A stretch of DNA of 64,000 nt from Hyaloraphidium curvatum SAG 235-1 (lineage: Eukaryota > Fungi > Monoblepharomycota), in the NCBI GenBank assembly GCA_025558095.1, contig JAIVFI010000045.1:1-64000 (forward strand), in the 5' to 3' direction. The notes beneath the pieces were generated by a model. That model was not told the origin of the DNA. It ran no database searches and saw only the letters and a list, made by a program, of their open reading frames with translations. A program made the position numbers and the translations under genes. Positions 55,902 through 64,000 of this stretch are shown piece after piece; position 1 is the stretch's first letter; each line of letters opens with the position of its first letter.

Positions 55902-57196
55902 CTACAGCTTGAGGGCGACTTTGCCGACGTTCTTGCCCGCATGCAGGTACTCGACCGCGTCCGGCACCCTCTCGAGCCCCGCCAGCCGCCCGCCGTCGTT
56001 GTCGATCGGCACCTCCAGCTTCCCATCGCGGATGAGGGACGCGAACATGTCGATGTGCGCGAGCGCCGAGGGGGTGATCCTGCCCTGCTTGTCGTACAGG
56101 AAGGGGCTGAGGAGCTGCGCGTGGCTCCTTCAGACCGGTCCGATACAGCGCCGCGGCAGCAGGACGTACCCATCCGGTTATCGAGACCGACCTGCTGAAA
56201 AGGATCGGGAAGACGGGCTTGAGGGTCGCCATGGCGACGTCCATGACCAGGGCGCCGCCCCCCGACGAGACCGATTTGGAATCGTCCTTGTAGTCCTGCA
56301 CGGAGCCGATGAGGAGGATGTGGCCGCCCTTGGCGGAGCCGATGGCGGAGGCGAGGAGCAGGCTTCCGCCGACGCACTCGTCTGCGAAGCACGAACGTGA
56401 GCTGATCGAGCAGACTGCCCAGATCGGCAGGGCACGCACAGGTGATGTCGACGCCGTCCGGGCACGACTGCTTGAGCACCTTCCTCAGGTCCTCGGTCTT
56501 GTAGTTGACCACCACGTCAACGCCCCACCGCTTCAGCATCGCGCGCTTGTCCTCGCTGCCGCACGTGGCGACCACCCTGTTGCCCGCCAGCTTCGCGAGC
56601 TGCGTCGCAAACAGGCCCGTGCCGCCGGCCGCCGCGGTGACGAGCACCGTCTGGGGCTCGTCGTCCGCGGCCACCAGCGCCTTGTCCACGTACTTGGCGA
56701 GCACGGAGGAGCGACACACTTTCATGCGCGCCGTCTTTTCCAGCGCCATCGATGCCGTCAGCCCCGACACGGCGGCGGCGAGCATCCTGGGGTCCGCGGC
56801 GTCGCCCGGGCCGCCGACGATGAAGCAGTTGGTCATGGGCAAAAGCACAAATTCGGCGTGGCACCCTCCCGGGGCGTTGAGCGCGGCGACCTTGACTCCG
56901 CGCGCGAAGCCGGCCTTCTCCGCCGCCGGCCCGGCGCGCACGACCTCGCCCACGCACTCGATGCCGGCGCCGTACGGCGGCTTCCTGCCGGGGTTGTAGC
57001 CGCCCGACGCAAAGAGCACCTCGGACGCCTGGATCCCAACGAACGCCGTGCGCAGGAGCACCGCGTCGGGCCGCCGGGCGAGGTCGTGCAGCAGGTCCGA
57101 CGTGCGGCCGGTGGTCAGCCGCGTGGCGCGCCGAAAGTCGCGGCCGAGCTCGACGAGCTCGATGCGGCGGTACGCGTCGGGCAGCGGCGAAGACAT
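55902..57196 (-). CDS. MDR-family oxidoreductase (prostaglandin reductase 3/ZADH2-like), multi-exon
   Basis: VLVTAAAGGTGLFATQLAKLAGNRVVATCGS, NYKTEDL and GKNVGKV. Confidence 0.88.
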
Positions 57197-57405
57197 TTCG
57201 AAAACGTGGAGGGGGAGACGTGAGATCGTGGGAGACGTTCCACGATTGACGTGCGATTGGCACGCTCCCAATGTGTTGCCTTCGCATCACCGCCTCTTCC
57301 AGAGCCTGCATTCGATCCGCTGTCGAAGCTAGCAGATCTTCAGGCAGAACTAGTATCTTGTTGAGAAATGACAGCATACATAATGTGGAGAGAGTCATCG
57401 AAATT

Positions 57406-59785
57406 TCATAGCAGGAAGACGAAGCAGAAAGAGACAAGTGCAGCAGCGCGCCAGGATGCTGTGAAGCAAGCGGATGCACCGCTAGGCCGGGAGAGTGTGG
57501 ACAAAGAGGGCACGGCGGTGGCGGTCCCGGCTTTCACGGTCGTCGCGCTGACCGTCGGCGCGGTGGTGGTCGGCGATGCAATCGCGCCGCATTCGGCGAT
57601 CTGTCGCCCCTGAAGAAAGTCCTTGGCGGTCTTGCACCACCCGCTATCCAGCTGCTCGCACCTGTATCCCATCTCATTGCGCGGATCCGGTTGTGGCTCT
57701 CCCTCCGCAAGCGTGGTGCACGAGTCATCGCTGAGCCACGAGCACTTCGTGCGGTCCGGCCCGCGGCACTGCACCGTCCCGCCCATGTCGAGGTTGCCCA
57801 GGGTCCGAACCACGACGCGGTTGCCCTTGTCCTCGCACGAGCGCATGCATTTCCACGGCCCGGCCGTAGGGCACTCCGCCTGCGGGTTCCCCGAGGCGAG
57901 GGTGCTCGCGGCGGCGCCGCACCACCCCAGCGTGGTCTGCGGGCACAGCACGCCGCCGCCGACGCGGGGAACGTCTTCGCCGGGGGCGAGCAAGGAGCAG
58001 TCGGGGTCCACGTACCAGGAACACGCGGTCGCGTTGGGCCCCGCGCACTGCACCCGCACCGGGTCCCGCGCGAGGAGACGCGCGGACACGTAGTTTCCCA
58101 GATCCTCGCATGAGCGGATGCAGGAGTAGCTTCCATCCGCAGTGGGCCTCGCCGGGGTGATAGTCGGCGCGCTGCCATCGACGCAGGCCCCGATGTCCGG
58201 GTTTGAGAAGGCGCAGGTTTCGTCGTAGAAGCCCGGATCAAACTCCCAGCACAGCTTGTTGTCGCCGCCCTGGATGCTGCAGGTCCCCATGTAGTCATCC
58301 ACTTCCGATGAAGGCGAAGGCCGTTTGGCAAGGAGCGGAACCGGTCCTGAGAAGTTGTTGCCGACCAGGTCCAACAGCTGAAGGCTCTCGAGCTGGGCCA
58401 AAGGGGGTATTGGGCCACTGAGCTTGTTCCAAGAAAGCGAGATGGCCTCAAGATCGGGCATGCCTGTGAGGAATTCCGGAAAGCTGCCGGTGAGCTTGTT
58501 CATCCCGGCGAAAAAGGTGTTCAGCGCCTTGAGCTCGGACATTGTGCCGGGAGGCTCGTTGATGTCTCCTGTGAGACCTTGCAGCTCAAGCATCAGGTAT
58601 GTCGGACCAACATTGATGAGGCATGACACAACTTGAACTTCGACTGCGAAAGAAGTGGTGAGCCAATGCAGTCACGCAGCAGCAGCACTCGTACGAACGG
58701 TAGGGGCATTTGTCGCCGCATTCAAGCATGCAGCAGTCGTCACCAGGCCATAGAATGTCATTCGAGGCGTTGTGGTAGACGAGCCACTCCTTCAGCAATC
58801 GGCACTGCTCCTTTGCCGACTTTAACCCTGGGATAGGTGGCTCAAGGAACTGGTAGTGCGGGCGCAGGGGAGCCGGCATCTGCGGGACCGCCCCTGACGG
58901 TGCCTTGCCCGCGCACGGCACGAGCCCGGTAGTGCACGACGCCGGCGTGGTCGCCGACCAATCCGATTGCAGGAAGGAGCAGAGCTTGCTGTTGGGCGTA
59001 ATCCGGCAGGTGGTGAGGCCCGGCGGCATGGCCGGAAGGAAGCCGGAGAGCTTCGTGCCCGAGACGTCGAGCGACTTGAGGTTCGGGAGGATCGTGTCCA
59101 GGCGCAGCAGCTGTCCCGTCAATCCAGTGCCCGACAGGTTGACGGACTGCAGCGTTGCCCCCCCTTTCTTGAACCACCGCGGAAAGGTCCCGCCGAGCTT
59201 TGGATTGCCGGAGAAGTCGATGCTCTTCCAGGCGTGCAGCGGCTTGCCGAGCGCCGTGTCGACGGCGCTGTGGTCGATGAAACCAAAGTCGCTCAGGTTT
59301 CCGACGAGCTCGTTCGGTCCCCATCTGATGGTCTCCAGGACGCCGTTGGTGCAGGTGATTCGCCGCGTGGTTTCAGCGTCGGAGGAATCGAAGTTGCAGC
59401 ACCCTTCTGCCAGGTACTCCGGAGAGATCCACAGGTACCGCTGCGCAACGCCGTGTTGTTCCAAAAAATATTGTAGCGGCCAACATTTCTGGAACCAGTA
59501 GGCGCTGAAAGCGCTGTCGATGAAGGGTGTAATGAACGGCTCCGGGCCGCCGAGCGTCATGGTGGGTTCTCCGTAGGGTAGCGTGAGGGTAGGGAGGTCA
59601 TTTATGATCCCGGACTGCCGACGTAACAGGGCGGCGCCTGCTACGGACGGCACGAGGCAGGGGAGGGCGAGGAGGGCACCGGCGGCAGCGGCGGCCCAGA
59701 CGGCGGTGCGCCGGCCGCGGCGACCCCGCGTAGTGCCGCGGGGACAAAGCGCAGCCGGCGCGCAAGTGTCCGATGTGCTCTTCAT
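57406..59785 (-). CDS. Secreted, probably GPI-anchored LRR protein with two Cys-rich repeats; intron near 58630-58690
   Basis: Hydrophobic leader, plant-type LRRs (LSWNKLSGPIP), two 'CxRSCED...VQCxGPxxTxCSW...C...GWC' repeats, an S/T stalk and a hydrophobic tail. Confidence 0.8.
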
Positions 59786-60463
59786 GTTCGCAAGTGTAGT
59801 TTGGAAGTCCCGTGGTGTGTGATTCACGTCCCTATGACGTCGATATCAATCGCGACCCTCCTTCGCCACATGCCATGTCACCGCTGCCACCGAGCTCGAT
59901 GAGAGCCGAAAAGACGAGATGTTCATCGAGTCGTCACCGACGCGGGACGGAACGTCGGCCCGGCCGCCGCGGCGGTGTGCGTGCGTGGGAGTGTTTTGGA
60001 ACCGCCGTCCGTCCGTCGCGGGGACCCCCCTCTCCGCCCGCCCCAGTCCCGCCTGCCGCCGGCCCGGCGAGCCCGCAAAAGTCCAGCGGGCATCCGGGAT
60101 AGGCCTATACCCTCGGCTCCGCGCGCGTCCCGCCGTCCGATGCTCGGCGGTCCAAGCCCCCACCACCACCACCGCTCGGGGCGCGCTCCGCGCGAAGCTA
60201 GCAGGGGAGGTAGCGGCCGGATTACGTGCCTGCCTGCGGCGGCCGGCAGCATGCCCGCTGACGCGGGGCTCGCTGGCGCTCGCGGGCCGCTCCGCGGCAA
60301 AGCTAGCTGGAGGACAGCGGCGGGTGACGACCGAACCTTGCGGGGACGCGGTTAGAGTCAGTGTCCGTTCGCGCACCGGTGTAGAGTCACAGCGGTGCCA
60401 GCAACGTACATCGGCCAACGCTCTCCATGACGTTGCGCAACTCGCAAAAGACCATGCACTGAG

Positions 60464-62665
60464 CTAAAGATCCCCCAGGTCCACGTCGGCATCCATCTCG
60501 AACCCTCCCCCGGTGCCGAGATCCGCGAGCCAATCCTCCACCCGCGCCGGATCCCAACCGGTCCCTTCCAACGCCCCCGACTCCCACGGCGAGCCGAAAT
60601 CCCCGCCCTGCCCATCGCCCATGAACTCCTCCAGCGACACGTCGAAAAGCGGGTCCTCCCCCGGCCCCCCGCCCTCCCCTCCCCACTCGGCCTCCCGCTT
60701 CGCCCCACCCGAGTAGTGCACCTCCTGCACCCTCATCATCCCCACCTCCTGTTCCGTGCTCCCCGCGTGCAGCGAGGCCAGGCAGTCGCCGCACCACGCC
60801 GCCGGCAGCGTGTCCGCGAGCGGGTCGGCCTCGACGAGGTAGCGCGCGTACCCCGAGCCGCAGCCGTGGCAGGCCATGAGCATGCTGCGGCGGTTGATGC
60901 CGTGGTTGAGGGAGACGAAGGTGGGGTACACGTCCGGATAGGGGGTGGAGGAGGCCGGCGCGAGCGGCGAATGGGTGTCGGGGCCGACGGTGAGGTTGGT
61001 GAAGGCGATGCGATGCTGGCAGCCGTGGTGGGCGCCGTGTACGAGGAGGTACGGGTAGTTGAGCCGCAGCTCCAGGCCCCCGAAGGTGCTCTCGGACATG
61101 TAGGCCACGCGGAGCGGGCGCATGGGCGAGTTCTGCGGGAGCCGCCTGTCGACCCAGTCCGCCGTCTCAAAGACGAACGCCTCCCACCCGGGCATGCGGT
61201 CGTTGACGAAGAAGGTGCCCTCGGCAAAGATGAAGCAGTGCCCGATGTTGTGCTGCGGCCCTTGCGGCGGCTCGTCCTGTTCGTCGGGGTCGCGGACCAC
61301 GTGAAGACCTTCCTCGGTCTTTGCCAGCGTCACCGGCCGCAGGTGCAGGTGCTCGGTGCGGCAAGGAAGTTTTTCGACGAAGTCGGCGAGGACGACGGTG
61401 TCGGCAACGCGGTACGAGATTATGGGGCGCTGCGGGCGCTCCGGGTTGAGCAGGTCCACGTGGACAAACATCGGGGGTGCAGGGGGGTCCGGCGCGGCCG
61501 AAACCGGTGTGCTGGCGCCGCTGGCGTCGGCATTGAGGTCGAAAGCGTCCCATCGGCTGCCGAGAGGCAGAGGCGGCGGGGGAGGCGCGTAGTTGAACGG
61601 CTGCCGGTGCTTGTCCTTGACATACTGGCGCCACTGCGGCTTGAGCACCTGCAGGCCCTTGCCGCCGAACGACGAGGCGGCGGCGTCCACAGCATCCTTT
61701 GCCGCCGGCAAGTGCTCTAGCACGCCTTCCACGCGGAAGTAGTCCACCCTCTGGAGCGCATGCTTGTCCATCGGTCGGAACTTCCGCTCCTCACGCATCG
61801 CGTTGATCTCCTGGTGGGCCTCCTTGGCCTTGCGCACGAGCTTTTCGGGGTCGAAGTCCATCGTGGCGAGGTAGGCAGTCGCCTTTTCCTCGCCAAAGTG
61901 CGTGACCAGGTTCGTCCTGATGGACTCGGCCGTCACCTCGGCGTTCGTGGCCGCCTTGCGCGTCAGCTCCTCCACAGGTACGCCCTGCTCCTTGGCCTGC
62001 TGCATCATGGCGGCGCTAGGCCTGCCCACGCGGCGCGTGTAGTTCGGTGTGGCGCGGTCCAGCTGCGCAGCCCGGACCTTGTTCTTGTTGAGGGAAAGTG
62101 CCGGCGTGCGGCCGGTGCCTTTCGGCTGCCCCCGCTCCTCTGCGAGTTCGGCCAGCGACATGTGCGGGTCCACGAAATCCTGCGGCACCGCGGGCGCCGG
62201 CTCGGGCTCCCCGACTCGCTGGGCCAGGATGCGGAAGCCCTCGTTGTAGAACGCCGCGATGTGCGCCGGCATTTTGGAGCGCCGCCCGGCAAAGACGGCG
62301 AGCAGCGCCTTCCGCGCCTGCGGGTCCGACCGGAATTGCGCGATCGGCTCGTCGATGTCGGCGAAGGCCGCGTCGATTGCGTGCCCGGCGGCCGCCAGCG
62401 CCGCCTCCCGCTCCGCCCCGTCCGGCCCGGCGACGCCTCCGAAGCCGGCATGCTGCCCCAAATCGCCGCCGTCGTCGGGCAAATCCAGGTTTCCGAGAGC
62501 CGCGGCCGCGAGCGCGTCGGCGTACCACGCCGCGAACGACACCGGCCGCCGCGTGGCCTTGCCCCGGTACGGGTCCGCGTCCGCCGTCGCCTTTGTCTTC
62601 GTCGGCTTCGGCGGGCGCCGGCGGCCGCCCCGCCGGCCCGCCCGGGTGTCCGAGTCGGACGACAT
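60464..62665 (-). CDS. SNAPC3: snRNA-activating protein complex subunit 3 (SNAP50)
   Basis: FIFAEGTFF.NDR, TF..L.LRLNYPYLLVH...CQH and the zinc finger CHGC...WCGDCLASLH. Confidence 0.8.
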   Translation of the reverse strand: MSSDSDTRAGRRGGRRRPPKPTKTKATADADPYRGKATRRPVSFAAWYADALAAAALGNLDLPDDGGDLGQHAGFGGVAGPDGAEREAALAAAGHAIDAAFADIDEPIAQFRSDPQARKALLAVFAGRRSKMPAHIAAFYNEGFRILAQRVGEPEPAPAVPQDFVDPHMSLAELAEERGQPKGTGRTPALSLNKNKVRAAQLDRATPNYTRRVGRPSAAMMQQAKEQGVPVEELTRKAATNAEVTAESIRTNLVTHFGEEKATAYLATMDFDPEKLVRKAKEAHQEINAMREERKFRPMDKHALQRVDYFRVEGVLEHLPAAKDAVDAAASSFGGKGLQVLKPQWRQYVKDKHRQPFNYAPPPPPLPLGSRWDAFDLNADASGASTPVSAAPDPPAPPMFVHVDLLNPERPQRPIISYRVADTVVLADFVEKLPCRTEHLHLRPVTLAKTEEGLHVVRDPDEQDEPPQGPQHNIGHCFIFAEGTFFVNDRMPGWEAFVFETADWVDRRLPQNSPMRPLRVAYMSESTFGGLELRLNYPYLLVHGAHHGCQHRIAFTNLTVGPDTHSPLAPASSTPYPDVYPTFVSLNHGINRRSMLMACHGCGSGYARYLVEADPLADTLPAAWCGDCLASLHAGSTEQEVGMMRVQEVHYSGGAKREAEWGGEGGGPGEDPLFDVSLEEFMGDGQGGDFGSPWESGALEGTGWDPARVEDWLADLGTGGGFEMDADVDLGDL

Positions 62666-62757
62666 CGGCCCAGCTGCGCAGTGCACTGGGAGCGTCGGTT
62701 TGTTTACGGGACCTGCGCCCCATCACTGTCCTCACGACCATACTTCGACCCAACGAT

Positions 62758-64000
62758 CTAGCATTCGCAAATACTCCCGGCGACATAGAATACTCCCCTG
62801 GTCAATTCCCGGCCCCAGAACCCTGCCTTTCCCACTCTCACGTCGCCCGTGTGTACTGGACCTTCAGGAACAGGTTCTTGGCCTCCTGCTCCAGGCTGAG
62901 CTCGATAATGTCCTTGGAGAGCATCTGGTAGTAGAGCGCCGCGTGGTTCTGGCCGTTGGGATTGGCAGCGTACAGGTGCAGGTTGTTGGCGGGGTCGATG
63001 ACGACCTGGAAGCGGGGAGGCAATCAGGCGAGGCGCTAGCTCCTGAAACGGGTGACCCACGTCGAAATATAGCTGCCTGTTCTCCCCCAGATCCACGAGT
63101 TCCGCTTCGCCCTTGCCGACTGGCACCGAGATGGGCGGCTTCTTTGGCGCGAAGCACCCACAGATCCCGCCCCCGCCCCCCTGGCGGAACGTGAGGTTCG
63201 ACTGCGTGACCTCCACGGTGACCGACTTGGCAAAGATCATGTCGACCAGGGCCTTGGCGCGCGTCGTCTCCCGCCCCTCCATCTTGAGCTTCTCCTCCGT
63301 CTCGTTGTCGAAGGTCTTGTTCCACTTGCCGTTGAAGTCGCGGAGCTCATGCTGGAAGGCGCGGGAGGGGGGGATGTACGCCTTGGCGAGCTGCTTGAAC
63401 TTTCTCTGTCGGCGGGGCGGGCGGGGCGTCAGATCATGCTGCGGTGCTGCAGGAAGGGGGACACCCACGATGTCGACGAGCTTGGTCTCGTCCGCCGGAA
63501 GCCCCTCGTGGAGCGGGATCTCGGACATCTGCGTCGAGCTGGCCCCGAGCGGCTTGTCCGCCGCGCCCGCCGCCGGCTCCGCGAGGGCGGAAGCGGCCGC
63601 GGCGGCCGCGACCGGAGCTGCCGGCGCAGCGGCGGGCTGAGCGGAAGCCGGGGCGGGCCTGGATGCTGCGGGTGCCGGCGCGGGCGAAGCTGAGGAGCTC
63701 GGCGCCGCGGCGGGCTTGGATGCCGCCGGGGCCGGCGCGGGTGCCGCGGCGGGCTTAGACGCCACCTGGGCGGGCGCCGGCGCCGCCGCAGGGCTCGGCG
63801 CCGGAGCCGGGGTCGGCGCGGGTTTCGTGGCTGCGGCGGGTGCAGGGGCCGGAACAGGGGCTGCAGGGGCGGCGGCGGCGGCCGACGCGGCAACGGGCTG
63901 CGGTGCCGGGGCGGGAGTCGGCTCGGGTGCCTGCGAGGCGGAGGAAGCTTCCGTCCTGGTGGGCTCGGCGGCGGGCGCGGCCCCGGCGGGAGCGTTGGGA
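62758..64000 (-). CDS. Pro/Ala-rich protein with globular C-terminal domain; 5' end outside window, exact 3' end uncertain
   Basis: PAPAA low-complexity tract, followed by spliced exons at about 63060-63405 and 62840-63006. Confidence 0.6.
   Translation of the reverse strand, partial: PNAPAGAAPAAEPTRTEASSASQAPEPTPAPAPQPVAASAAAAAPAAPVPAPAPAAATKPAPTPAPAPSPAAAPAPAQVASKPAAAPAPAPAASKPAAAPSSSASPAPAPAASRPAPASAQPAAAPAAPVAAAAAASALAEPAAGAADKPLGASSTQMSEIPLHEGLPADETKLVDIVGVPLPAAPQHDLTPRPPRRQRKFKQLAKAYIPPSRAFQHELRDFNGKWNKTFDNETEEKLKMEGRETTRAKALVDMIFAKSVTVEVTQSNLTFRQGGGGGICGCFAPKKPPISVPVGKGEAELVDLGENRQLYFDVGHPFQELAPRLIASPLPGRHRPRQQPAPVRCQSQRPEPRGALLPDALQGHYRAQPGAGGQEPVPEGPVHTGDVRVGKAGFWGRELTRGVFYVAGSICEC

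Noticed and set aside
1-64000. Hundreds of long overlapping Arg/Pro/Gly-rich ORFs (e.g. 31108..33561, 9949..12186, 12328..14271)
   Set aside because: These are shadow frames of real genes in very GC-rich DNA and contain no motifs.
63560-64000. GC-rich repetitive tract
   Set aside because: It encodes a Pro/Ala-rich linker and is not a regular array.

Overview
This is a very GC-rich, gene-dense eukaryotic window with short GT-AG introns, a Zn2Cys6 transcription factor, and MYND and F-box/LRR genes. By inference it is an early-diverging zoosporic fungus (Monoblepharidomycota/chytrid-like); the species cannot be proven from sequence. About 33 genes or gene remnants are recognisable. They include TPP2, an M3A oligopeptidase, SNAPc subunit 3, neutral ceramidase, an MFS transporter, enoyl-CoA isomerase, a class-3 lipase and APRT. 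Highlights: (1) an intact, intronless, orphan contractile-injection-system (eCIS/phage) tail-sheath gene sits among eukaryotic genes at 12559-14106; (2) a 61-nt putative intron in an SDR gene is a diverged tandem copy of the adjacent exon, suggesting intron birth by duplication; (3) two paralogous multi-TM proteins have a gustatory-receptor-like/DUF3537-like C-terminus, and one is decayed; (4) other bacterial-type genes include a PabB-PabC fusion and a nitronate monooxygenase with an added presequence; (5) several F-box/LRR genes are decaying. No rRNA, tRNA, CRISPR array or recognisable transposon was seen. All family assignments come from motif recognition by eye, not from database searches.
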